DNA of 64,000 nucleotides, taken from assembly GCA_019638515.1 (NCBI GenBank), contig JAHBTS010000002.1, positions 87,395 through 151,394 of the forward strand, in the 5' to 3' direction. Under the pieces are notes generated by a model. It saw only the letters and a program-made list of their open reading frames with translations. It ran no database searches and had not been told where the DNA came from. Origin of the DNA: Chitinophagales bacterium (GTDB taxonomy: Bacteria; Bacteroidota; Bacteroidia; Chitinophagales; LD1). Positions 8,401-16,448 of this stretch are shown piece by piece (positions within the stretch are counted from its first letter, which is position 1; the number at the start of each line of letters is the position of its first letter). A program made the translations under genes and the position numbers.

Positions 8401-10794
8401 TCAACACTAAATGTAACCAATGTTAGTTGCAATGGTGGTAGTAATGGTGCTATTGCACAAAACGTATCTGGCGGCACTGCGCCTTACACTTATGCTTGGA
8501 GTACTGGAGCTACTACTGCCAATATTAGTGGTCGCCCGGCAGGAACATATTCAGTAACCATTACAGATAGCAAAGGTTGTACTTTAGAGAAAAGTGCCAA
8601 CATTACACAACCTGAGGCCGCCACTGTTGCCAATGCCGGAGCGGATATTGGTAACTGCAATAGCTTATTGTTTACTATGGCTGCCAATACGCCTGTTATT
8701 GGTTCCGGTACATGGAGCGTAGTAAGTGGCATTGCAGTAATAACCGCGCCTACTTCACCCACTTCGTTGGTTACAGTTACGGGTACTTCTGCAACTTTAA
8801 AATGGACAATCACCAACGGATCTTGTGGCTCCACCTCCGATAATGTAGTTTTAAGTAATACAGTAGCATCTGTTTCTGCCAATGCAGGTGCAGATATTAC
8901 TAGAGTAAATGGCTCTTCTACTTTTGTAATGGCTGCAAACACACCGGCATCAGGCGCTACCGGATTGTGGACATTAGTAAGCGGAACAGCAAGTATTGCT
9001 TCACCATCTTCAAAAAATAGCAATGTAACCGTATTGGTTGGAAACGAAGCCTTGCTAGAGTGGAAAGTTACCAAAGGCAATTGCGAAGCACGCGACACCA
9101 TGCAGATAAAGCACATTTTCCCATATTCAGGCTGTGTTGCCATCAATTCGGGCGAATGGAATGTAGCCACTACTTGGGCAGGGAATTGCAATGGCGGCAA
9201 CGGCTATCCGGGCATTAACGACACGGCAATTATTTCAGGGAAAACAGTTACAGTGTCCGGAACCTCTGCATGCCAATTATTGCAAATGAGTAATGAATTG
9301 GGAGTGGCATCCTTAAATATCCACAATAGCGGGCAGCTAACTATTGTAAAAGATATTCAATTAGATGCATCTGCTCAAAATACCGTAAAAATAGACTTGG
9401 CAGGAAATGCAAAATTATTCTTAGGCGGCACCATAGTGCGTAACCAACCACCAATGAATTACGGCAAAATAACCTCTGCACAGGCATCTACCATTTACCT
9501 GAATGGAACAGCACAGCAAGTGCTTGCAACTAGTAGAGGAAGAGGCAGCGATGGTATAGAATATCAGAATGTAGTATTCAATAATTCATCGGGTATTAGC
9601 CCTGCATTTATTGCAGAAGGAAGAGTGGATGTGCTTAACTCCATTGCTTTACAGAATGGCTGTATTGATATGGGAAGAGACACCATAATGCTTAGCAATA
9701 ATGAGCACACCTCTGTAACAGGCGGAAGCAATAATAGTTTTGTAATAGGGCAATTTTGCCGATATATTGGCCAATCGGGAAAAACATACCGATGGAGTGT
9801 AGGTAGAAGCGGGCAGCAAGGTGAATATTGGTTTGAACTTAAAAACAATCTTTTGGTGGGAACCAGTTATGTATGTGTGGAATTTGATTCTGTACCAGAA
9901 GATACTAAAGCAGGTATTAATTTCAGCGATAATGATATGAATGCACAAAACCTATCGCCCGAAGGAATCTGGAGAGTAGAACCGAATGCACAACCGATAT
10001 TGGGTTCTTACAATGTAACAGTTTCAACCCAAAACTTTTCGGGATTAGTAGATGGCAAATTCGGTTTATTGAAGCGCCCAAGAGGAAGTTCGGTAAGCAG
10101 CTGGGGAAAAGGTGGCGGATTATTGCCTGCACTTGGCGATCCACTTAGATTGATCTCTTCTTTAAACACCGCATTAAATACTTTAACCTCCTTTTCTGAA
10201 TTTGGAATTGGGAATGAAGGAGGCAGCGCACTACCTGTGAAATTAACCTTGTTTGAAGCTAAACCTATTGAGAATAAGTTTATTCGCCTTAAATGGGTTA
10301 CAGAAACAGAGATAGATAATATGGGTTTTGAAATTCACCGTTCGGCAGATGGTTTAGACTTTAACAATATAGGATGGGTAAATGGTAATGGCAATACCAC
10401 AGAAACCAAAACATACAGCTACGATGATAAAACCATTGATGCTAACATCCGATACTACTACCGTTTGAAGCAAATTGACTTTGATGGAGACTCTGAATTT
10501 AGCCCAATTGCTTCTGCCGAAATTCGCAATCATGGTGGCGTTTTAGAGATTGGAGATTTTACACCCAACCCTGCAAAGAATTCAACTGCAATAAACATTA
10601 CAACCGATAGCGATATGGATGCTCAATTTACTTTTATTGATATGATGGGTAAAGTGGCCAAACAAGGATTAGTTTCTTTCACCAAAGGCTCGCACTTGTA
10701 TTATTTCGACATCAATGAACTTGTGGCAGGAAACTACATTGTTGCCATCACCACCAGCGACAGTAAACACAGTAAAAAATTAGTAGTGTATTAA
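5497..10794 (+). CDS. giant secreted adhesin-like protein, T9SS type A C-terminal sorting domain
   Basis: 1765 aa with a signal peptide. Asn/Gly/Thr-rich N-terminal region. Five SprB-type repeats (CxGxxNGxI...GGxxPYxYxWSxG...GxYxVTVxDxxGC). A jelly-roll/CBM-like insert (NGDFS...GNDFGLDDISF, about 7381..7890). The C-terminal ~80 aa (about 10546..10791) resemble the Por_Secre_tail sorting domain. Confidence 0.9.
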   Translation: MKKFLSLLVMLAFNVACIYAQCSGCNTTVNSSNGTNRSVDNNKKLCFIGGTFTGKITKIKSNGRICVAAGATFSPSEIKNFEGTIDVYGTANLPAFTPSSGAKINNYGTVNFTGGITFNNDLDIVNSSNGTMHFASSTTLGNNSSIVNNGKIYFAGDLSVPSGNTFTNNNIARFSNNISTGGSFTNSGLLVAVNAFAVTGGTFVNNCRLVALSFTNTGSSTTNKGLIWVAGGSSAVQFNGGTFTQTSNGEVRGVHFQNAATVKGSGKYYFTGTTTNTSSFGSDGGGINFYDVQVSGGGSKKFDNQNSSPHNSVVRTAFTPSDTAGAAPGNCSSNYCSPISANAGSNQASCNGSSSFTMSANSVSGATGVWTVVSGTATISNTSSPTAVVTITSGSAATLRWTLSNSCTSSSSDVSLSLSSFTVNSTTTNSTCGLCSNGTIAITPNGGDAPYNFTWSDGISSQNRTGLAAGSYSVTVRDNNGCTITHNDTIYLPLAVNIASLSACNIASGGAAQANPSGGKAPYQYSWNTGETTQNISNLTSGNYTVTVTDGQSNTAVQTVTISNTIVNISFSPAAPVICSGSSIQVTASGALSYSWSPSTGLSASNIANPIANPTSTTTYTVSTIASTNDLVTNGDFSLSNTGFTGAYGFVSETDNNAVGGKGLYPEGRYAIDADAKDYHPNFAGKGRGGSGNFMIINGAVIAGQAVWKQTILVQPNTSYNFSTYISSVNPANPANLRFQINGVVLGPNIVASTTVGRWDKFTATWYSGSNTSAQIAIINDNTIAGGNDFGLDDISFTSTCISSSQLTVTVNQPPVVGFTKTDITCRGLTNGTATVAGSGTVAPYTYTWSNGSTNATISNLAVGTYTVTVRDNKTCTKAGSIAIAQPAVLSVVATPTNVSCKGAADGSVSLAISGGTAPYTFTWSNGATSQNITNLAPGTYSVTVHDAHSCTPAITAAAITQPNAVLASTLNVTNVSCNGGSNGAIAQNVSGGTAPYTYAWSTGATTANISGRPAGTYSVTITDSKGCTLEKSANITQPEAATVANAGADIGNCNSLLFTMAANTPVIGSGTWSVVSGIAVITAPTSPTSLVTVTGTSATLKWTITNGSCGSTSDNVVLSNTVASVSANAGADITRVNGSSTFVMAANTPASGATGLWTLVSGTASIASPSSKNSNVTVLVGNEALLEWKVTKGNCEARDTMQIKHIFPYSGCVAINSGEWNVATTWAGNCNGGNGYPGINDTAIISGKTVTVSGTSACQLLQMSNELGVASLNIHNSGQLTIVKDIQLDASAQNTVKIDLAGNAKLFLGGTIVRNQPPMNYGKITSAQASTIYLNGTAQQVLATSRGRGSDGIEYQNVVFNNSSGISPAFIAEGRVDVLNSIALQNGCIDMGRDTIMLSNNEHTSVTGGSNNSFVIGQFCRYIGQSGKTYRWSVGRSGQQGEYWFELKNNLLVGTSYVCVEFDSVPEDTKAGINFSDNDMNAQNLSPEGIWRVEPNAQPILGSYNVTVSTQNFSGLVDGKFGLLKRPRGSSVSSWGKGGGLLPALGDPLRLISSLNTALNTLTSFSEFGIGNEGGSALPVKLTLFEAKPIENKFIRLKWVTETEIDNMGFEIHRSADGLDFNNIGWVNGNGNTTETKTYSYDDKTIDANIRYYYRLKQIDFDGDSEFSPIASAEIRNHGGVLEIGDFTPNPAKNSTAINITTDSDMDAQFTFIDMMGKVAKQGLVSFTKGSHLYYFDINELVAGNYIVAITTSDSKHSKKLVVY
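6757..7191 (+). repeat. two tandem SprB-type repeats (coding)
   Basis: aa 421-565 contain two ~72-aa units with the PYxFTWSDG / PYQYSWNTG and YSVTVRDNNGC / YTVTVTDGQ signatures. Confidence 0.75.
7930..8616 (+). repeat. three tandem SprB-type repeats (coding)
   Basis: aa 812-1040 contain three ~76-aa units, each with CxGxxxG...APYTYTWSNG...GTYxVTVxDxxxC. Confidence 0.8.
8623..9111 (+). repeat. tandem pair of a ~78-aa Ig-like module, with a third copy at about 6508..6750
   Basis: The pattern ANAGxD...N...F.M.ANxP..G.TG.W..VSG.A.I..P.S....V.V....A.L.W....G.C occurs three times in the protein (aa 338-418, 1043-1120, 1127-1205). Confidence 0.7.
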
Positions 10795-10841
10795 AAATGC
10801 CTAACAAGAAGAAACAACAAGAAGCGTAAAACTTTGTGTGG

Positions 10842-11318
10842 TTACTTTACCACATCAAAACGCAAATATTTTTCAAAGTAATGCGTGGGCTCCGGCACAC
10901 CAGAATTACCTAATGCTTGCATCATGATTTTAACGCGTACTTTTTGTCCGGCTTTTGAGCTATCAATTTTAAATTCACCTGAATAGGTTTTCTTATTTTC
11001 TTTTGGAATGGAATCGAAAATCCTGAAGATAGTATCGCTGTTGTTTACATCAAATTGCCCTAGATTGGTTGAATCAATGGAGAATAAACCTAAAGCATAC
11101 ACAATCGGGCGATCGGTAACAAATTTAATTTCGAGCGGCAAGCCTTCTTTTTGCTTAATTTTTGCCACCACAGAATCTGGCTGAACCACTGTAATCGGCT
11201 CATATATTTTAGTTGTTTCTTCTTCCTTTTCACAAGAATGAATCATAAACAAACCACTCATGGCAACCAGCAACGTAGCCAACGGCACTAATGCAAAAAC
11301 GTTATTTCTGTTATTCAT
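10842..11318 (-). CDS. hypothetical lipoprotein
   Basis: 158 aa. Signal peptide ending in a lipobox-like FMIHSC. No recognisable domain. Confidence 0.55.
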   Translation of the reverse strand: MNNRNNVFALVPLATLLVAMSGLFMIHSCEKEEETTKIYEPITVVQPDSVVAKIKQKEGLPLEIKFVTDRPIVYALGLFSIDSTNLGQFDVNNSDTIFRIFDSIPKENKKTYSGEFKIDSSKAGQKVRVKIMMQALGNSGVPEPTHYFEKYLRFDVVK

Positions 11319-11363
11319 TTACTTTCTAAAAAATACATTTTTAAATAGGAACGTACGAAAGTA

Positions 11364-11387
11364 GAATTTTCGGTGTGAAAATTCACA
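11364..11387. promoter_or_regulatory. overlapping inverted repeats in a divergent promoter region
   Basis: GAATTTTC-ggtgt-GAAAATTC (11364..11384) overlaps TGTGAA-aa-TTCACA (11374..11387). The site lies about 95 nt upstream of the urea-transporter start codon. Confidence 0.3.
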
Positions 11388-11480
11388 ATGCTCCATTAAA
11401 GATTTTTGCAATAGCTGTGGTTGCTTAAAATATTGTTGCTTTGCCTCACTTCAAATAACCTTAAGTAAGTTGAAACTACT

Positions 11481-12362
11481 ATGGAGAAACTTTTAGATAA
11501 AATTCCGTTGGCAAACGCAGTTTTAAAAGGTGTTGGGCAAATTATGTTACAAGAAAACAGCTATACAGGACTACTGTTTTTGGCAGGTTTGTTTATAGGA
11601 GGTTGGCAGTATGGCGCAGCTGCATTGCTGGCTGCCCTAATTGGCGCTATTACCGCTAAATTGCTTCAATACAGCAACAGCGAAATAAATGCAGGTTTAT
11701 ATGGTTTTAGTCCCGCATTGGTAGGAGTAGCGCTAGTTTTTCTATTTGAAGCATCACCATTAGTTTGGTTAATTATAGTTGGAGGAAGCGCCTTTGCTGC
11801 GGTATTGCAGCACTTTTTTATTGTTCGCAAAATTCCTGTATATACATTCCCTTTTATTGCCATTACATGGTTATTGGTGTGGTTGTTGCACAATGCAGCA
11901 TTTGCTCCGGCACAGAATTCTTTACCATCCGAAACACCTTTAGACAATACTTATTTACTAATGGTGTTGAATGGCTATGGCGAAGTTATTTTCCAAGTTG
12001 GGCTTATACCGAGTCTCTTGTTTTTTATAGCAGTGTTTATTGGCAATAAAATTGCAGCGCTCTATGGCTTGGCGGCATCGCTGCTGGGCGCTTTACTTTC
12101 CTTAGCTTGGGGACAAGATATTGAAACGGTTCAAGCAGGCTTATTTGGTTTTAATGCCGTATTAACCGCCTTAGTTTTTGCCGGGAACACCAAACAGCAC
12201 GCCCTTTGGGTTGTAGTAGGCGTACTAATTACCATTGCGCTGAACAACCTTTTGGTTGATTGGAATGTTTTTGCCATAGTGGGGGGCGTGTTTACATTTC
12301 CATTTGTAGCAGGAACATGGATTACACTACTGCTTAAACCGCAAATAAGCAGTAGCAAGTAA
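11481..12362 (+). CDS. urea transporter (UT family)
   Basis: 293 aa, about 10 TM helices. N-terminal LKGVGQIMLQENSYTGLLFLAGLFIG and two GLYGF/GLFGFN half-repeats are typical of the UT family. Confidence 0.75.
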   Translation: MEKLLDKIPLANAVLKGVGQIMLQENSYTGLLFLAGLFIGGWQYGAAALLAALIGAITAKLLQYSNSEINAGLYGFSPALVGVALVFLFEASPLVWLIIVGGSAFAAVLQHFFIVRKIPVYTFPFIAITWLLVWLLHNAAFAPAQNSLPSETPLDNTYLLMVLNGYGEVIFQVGLIPSLLFFIAVFIGNKIAALYGLAASLLGALLSLAWGQDIETVQAGLFGFNAVLTALVFAGNTKQHALWVVVGVLITIALNNLLVDWNVFAIVGGVFTFPFVAGTWITLLLKPQISSSK

Positions 12363-12416
12363 TTTGAATGATGCAATTGGTGCAAATAGTCTGTATAAAT
12401 TTTATCATTGCAAAAC

Positions 12417-13406
12417 ATGAAACGTTTGAATCATATTCAAAGAGTAGTAGTAACCGGAGCGGCAGGTTTTATAGGGTTCCATGTAAGTAAGCAATTACTG
12501 CAAAGTAGCACTGTTGTGTTGGGTATAGACAATTTGAATACGTACTACGATGTTTCACTAAAAGAAAATCGTTTGAAATTATTGGAGGCGCTGCCGAGTT
12601 TTGAATTTCAAAAAGTTGAATTGAGCGATTTTGGCCGACTAAGCTCCTTGTTTGAAACCTTTAAGCCAGATGCTGTGGTACATTTGGCAGCACAGGCAGG
12701 TGTACGTTATTCATTGCAAAACCCGCTTACGTATGCAGATAGTAATCTTTCAGGTTTTGTAAATATGCTGGAATGTTGCCGCAACTACAATATCCAGCAT
12801 TTGGTATTTGCTTCTTCCAGTTCTGTTTATGGAGCCAATTCAAAGGTTCCGTTTGCCGAAAGTGATGTTGCAGATAAGCCAATAAGTCTTTATGCAGCCA
12901 CAAAGAGAGCTAATGAATTGATGGCATATACTTACAGCCATCTATTTAAAATTTCATGTACCGGATTGCGTTTTTTTAGCGTGTACGGACCCTGGGGGCG
13001 ACCTGACATGGCGTACTTTAAATTTACACGCGCCATTTTAAATAATGAAGCCATAGATGTGTTTAATGATGGAAATTTAGAACGCGACTTTACTTATGTT
13101 TCTGACGTAGTAGCAGCAGTAGAAAAAACGCTGCATCTGTTGCCCGATCAAGAACAAGGCGTTCCTTACAAAATTTTCAATATTGGTAATCACCAACCTG
13201 TAAGCGTAAATTACTTTATTCAAACTTTGGAAACCATAATTGGCAAAAAAGCAATTATACGCCATTTGCCCATGCAGGAAGGCGATGTGCCTAAAACATT
13301 TGCAGATATAAGCGCCATAAAAGGTGCCATTGGTTTTACACCCGGCACCGATTTAAAGAAAGGCTTAACCGAATTTGTAAACTGGTATAAAACATACTAT
13401 AAATGA
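12417..13406 (+). CDS. NAD-dependent epimerase, UDP-glucuronate 4-epimerase-like
   Basis: GAAGFIGFH Rossmann motif and YAATKRANE (YxxxK) catalytic motif of an extended SDR. The tracked ORF starts at TTG 12408. I prefer ATG 12417 (MKRLNH). Confidence 0.75.
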   Translation: MKRLNHIQRVVVTGAAGFIGFHVSKQLLQSSTVVLGIDNLNTYYDVSLKENRLKLLEALPSFEFQKVELSDFGRLSSLFETFKPDAVVHLAAQAGVRYSLQNPLTYADSNLSGFVNMLECCRNYNIQHLVFASSSSVYGANSKVPFAESDVADKPISLYAATKRANELMAYTYSHLFKISCTGLRFFSVYGPWGRPDMAYFKFTRAILNNEAIDVFNDGNLERDFTYVSDVVAAVEKTLHLLPDQEQGVPYKIFNIGNHQPVSVNYFIQTLETIIGKKAIIRHLPMQEGDVPKTFADISAIKGAIGFTPGTDLKKGLTEFVNWYKTYYK

Positions 13407-14368
13407 AGCGGGCATTAGTGTTAGGAGCCGGAGGTTTTATTGGCAGCCATGTAGTAAAACAGTTAAAAAAAGAACAGTTTCATGTAATTGGAGCAGATAT
13501 AAAATTGCCGGAGTTTTCACCCTCTGCTGCCGATGAGTTTTTGTTGGGCGATTTAAAAGATCCGCAGTTTGTGGCTCGCGTTTTTAATTCCACTTTCGAT
13601 GAAGTATATCAATTTGCAGCCGACATGGGCGGTGCAGGATATATTTTTACGGGCGAAAATGATGCACAAGTAATGTATAATTCCGCACTCATCAATTTGA
13701 ATGTGGTTCATGAGTTTTCAAAACAAAAAAACGGAACTATTTTCTTTGCATCCTCGGCATGTGTGTATCCGGAGCATAACCAACTTGATGCCGCCAATCC
13801 CAATTGCAGAGAAGATTCTGTGTATCCTGCAAACCCCGATAGCGATTATGGGTGGGAAAAACTCTTTAGCGAGCGACTCTTTCAAGCATTTCATCGCAAC
13901 GAAAAAATGAAGGTGCGCATAGCACGCCTCCACAATGTTTTTGGCACCGAAGGGGCTTGGAAAGGCGGCCGCGAAAAAGCCCCTGCAGCACTTTGCCGCA
14001 AAGTGGCAATGGCAGCCAATGGCAGCAGTATCGAAATTTGGGGCAGCGGTAACCAAACCCGCAGTTTCCTTTATATTGAAGAGTGCTTAACCGGCATTAG
14101 AAAACTAATGGACTCCGATTGCAGGCAGGTGTTGAACATTGGCTCTAATCAGTTGATATCTATCAATGATTTGGCACACATGATTATTAAAATTTCGGGA
14201 AAAGAATTAAGCATAAAAAATATTGAAGGTCCCACCGGGGTAAATGGACGAAATTCCGATAATTCACTCATACAAAGAGAATTGAATTGGCAACCCACTT
14301 TGCCTTTACAATATGGTATAGAGCAACTTTATTGGTGGATAGAAAAACAAGTTGCTGAAACAAAATAG
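13403..14368 (+). CDS. GDP-mannose 3,5-epimerase-like extended SDR
   Basis: Start overlaps the upstream stop (ATGA). Motif strings match plant GME as I recall it: AADMGGAGYI, ASSACVYPE, WKGGREKAPAALCRK, GPTGVNGRNSDNSLI. Confidence 0.7.
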   Translation: MKRALVLGAGGFIGSHVVKQLKKEQFHVIGADIKLPEFSPSAADEFLLGDLKDPQFVARVFNSTFDEVYQFAADMGGAGYIFTGENDAQVMYNSALINLNVVHEFSKQKNGTIFFASSACVYPEHNQLDAANPNCREDSVYPANPDSDYGWEKLFSERLFQAFHRNEKMKVRIARLHNVFGTEGAWKGGREKAPAALCRKVAMAANGSSIEIWGSGNQTRSFLYIEECLTGIRKLMDSDCRQVLNIGSNQLISINDLAHMIIKISGKELSIKNIEGPTGVNGRNSDNSLIQRELNWQPTLPLQYGIEQLYWWIEKQVAETK

Positions 14369-14388
14369 ACCTTAAAAAAGGCAGTATA

Positions 14389-14742
14389 TCAACCAGCTTT
14401 TTTTAGCAGCAATTTTTCAACCAAATAATAATAGGCAATACTGCACAATCCCATTGCAAAAAACACCGTAGCTATTGGGCGTGTGGAATCGTTGAAGTAA
14501 AATTCACCAATCATCCATGTAATATTTGCAGAAATCCAGCAGCAAATAGCAATATTGTGAAACAACTCTGCGCGGTACATCCGCCACTTCCATGTAATAT
14601 ACATAGCCACCAATAGTGTAGGCAAAATCAATGCCATGCCGCCCCATTTAAAATCGAGCACCCAACAAGTATCCTTTATGAGCCACAGAAGAATATGTTG
14701 GTTTTCTGTTTGCCTTATTTTACGAATAACATCTTGCTCCAT
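14389..14742 (-). CDS. hypothetical Trp-rich small membrane protein
   Basis: 117 aa, 3-4 TM helices. Begins 2 nt after the DUF4835 gene stop, so probably co-transcribed. Confidence 0.5.
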   Translation of the reverse strand: MEQDVIRKIRQTENQHILLWLIKDTCWVLDFKWGGMALILPTLLVAMYITWKWRMYRAELFHNIAICCWISANITWMIGEFYFNDSTRPIATVFFAMGLCSIAYYYLVEKLLLKKAG

Positions 14743-14744
14743 TC

Positions 14745-15653
14745 CTAATTTCCGCGGAGAATTTTATCGTATTTAGATGCGTTTGATGGGTCAATTTTTC
14801 GCAAACTAACCACGGCTTTTGTTTTTTCGTTTTGTGGTGCTCCGGTAAAAATTCCGGTAAGTTCATCGCTCTTTGCTTGCATAAACATATTCAGCAAAAC
14901 ATTGTTGGGATTCTCGCGGGCAATTCTTTCCAAACCTTCTATGGCAGCAGTAATATTGGTTCTGGCAACTTCCGGCTTCTCATAAAATTGATCTATGCCA
15001 AGGAAGTGATACTTATACATTGTTTCTTTATACTCATCGTACTTTCCACTCATTAAGTTGTTTACAATCCAATAGCGGTTTCTTATACCGTCAAATGGAC
15101 GCCAGCCTTTAGATTCCGGTGCATTGTTTGGTACGGTATTCATAATAGTTTCTGCAATAGTAAAATACTTGGTGCCACCACCTTTTGCAAAACTTTCGGC
15201 ATCTAAACCAATTATTAAATAAGCGTAAAAAGAAAGCACAGCCGATAAATTACCATTGTAGTTGTTGGCATTAAATTCCAATGGCTGCCCGGGTGAATAA
15301 TTAAAAATAAAATCCTTATCAATAAAATTCAGCATAGGTGTAATATAGCTGCTGTTGAGCACAGGGCGCGAACTGGCAACCGTAATAGTTGCTTTGTAGG
15401 CATCTTGCGAAGGGCTGCTTTCTATATGAATAAAAATACTGCATTCAATTCTTTCGTTGGCGGCATAAGTTTCTTGTGTCCACGAACGGGCATTCATATA
15501 GTCGAAAATCTGCTGTTGCATATTGATAAAAATGCTTTGATCAACAGTGGTAATCTGCTGCCCCAGCACCGAAACTTTACAGTTTAACTCTTGTGCCCGT
15601 ATTGCCGAAAACAAAGTTATGCAGCAGAGAAAAGCAAGTATTTTTTTTGTCAT
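14745..15653 (-). CDS. DUF4835 family protein (family linked to T9SS as PorD, from memory)
   Basis: 302 aa with a signal peptide. The position immediately downstream of coaB matches the conserved coaBC-DUF4835 synteny I know from Bacteroidota. Confidence 0.65.
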   Translation of the reverse strand: MTKKILAFLCCITLFSAIRAQELNCKVSVLGQQITTVDQSIFINMQQQIFDYMNARSWTQETYAANERIECSIFIHIESSPSQDAYKATITVASSRPVLNSSYITPMLNFIDKDFIFNYSPGQPLEFNANNYNGNLSAVLSFYAYLIIGLDAESFAKGGGTKYFTIAETIMNTVPNNAPESKGWRPFDGIRNRYWIVNNLMSGKYDEYKETMYKYHFLGIDQFYEKPEVARTNITAAIEGLERIARENPNNVLLNMFMQAKSDELTGIFTGAPQNEKTKAVVSLRKIDPSNASKYDKILRGN

Positions 15654-15656
15654 TCT

Positions 15657-16310
15657 TTATTGTTTGTAAAAGCATTTAAGCGCCTCATTAACGATAATTT
15701 CGGCTAAAGATTGTTTGCTTTGCAAAGCAAAATTAGCAGTTAATCCGTTTTTAAAAAGTATTGAAATTTTATTGGTATCGTGTCCAAATCCGGCACCGGC
15801 ATCGCGCATAGAATTCAATACCACAAAATCGGCATTTTTCTTCTCTAATTTTGCAAGTGCATTTTCAGTTTCATTATTGGTTTCAAGGGCAAATACAACA
15901 TTTACTTGTTGTTCTCTTTTTTGCTTTCCCAATTCGTAAGCTATATCGGTTGTTTTCACCAACTCCAATTGCCACTCACTGCTGCTTTTCTTTATCTTTT
16001 TGTCTGCAACATGCTTGGGAGTATAATCGGCAACGGCAGCGGCAAAAATTGCTATGTCTACAAAAGGATAAACCGATAAACAAGCATTATACATATCCAA
16101 TGCAGATTCCACATGCGTTACATTTACTTCCGCCTCAGGTAATAAATGTGTAGATCCCAACACCAAATTAACTTTACATGAATGCTTGGCAAAGGCATTG
16201 GCAATGGCAATCCCCATTTTACCCGTGCTGTGATTGCTGATGTAGCGCACTGGGTCTATGGCTTCGCGGGTGGGGCCGGCTGTAATTAAGATATTTAAAG
16301 GCTGCTTCAT
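15657..16310 (-). CDS. coaB: phosphopantothenate--cysteine ligase, CoaB domain only
   Basis: 217 aa beginning NILITAGPTREAIDPVRYISNHSTGKMG, which is the start of the CoaB half of Dfp/CoaBC. No flavoprotein (CoaC) half is encoded upstream. Confidence 0.8.
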   Translation of the reverse strand: MKQPLNILITAGPTREAIDPVRYISNHSTGKMGIAIANAFAKHSCKVNLVLGSTHLLPEAEVNVTHVESALDMYNACLSVYPFVDIAIFAAAVADYTPKHVADKKIKKSSSEWQLELVKTTDIAYELGKQKREQQVNVVFALETNNETENALAKLEKKNADFVVLNSMRDAGAGFGHDTNKISILFKNGLTANFALQSKQSLAEIIVNEALKCFYKQ

Positions 16311-16448
16311 TCAATTTAAAGTTGCTAAAGTAGCTATTCCATTTACTTCTTCTATTCCATATTTCACATAAAGCGGCAGGTGTTTACAAAAAAAAGTTGT
16401 TGCTTTTTCAATAGCTAAAAATGTATCATTGTAATACAATTATTGGTT

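Noticed and set aside
8490-9200. 236-aa minus-strand ORF inside the 1765-aa adhesin gene
   Set aside because: It is antisense to a well-supported repeat-domain coding region. The absence of stops is explained by the Thr/Ser/Gly/Ala/Asn codon bias of the sense strand.
16311-16448. Possible degraded coaC remnant or pseudogene upstream of coaB
   Set aside because: I could read no flavoprotein-like peptide in any frame of this short AT-rich spacer. I therefore report a stand-alone coaB rather than a pseudogene.
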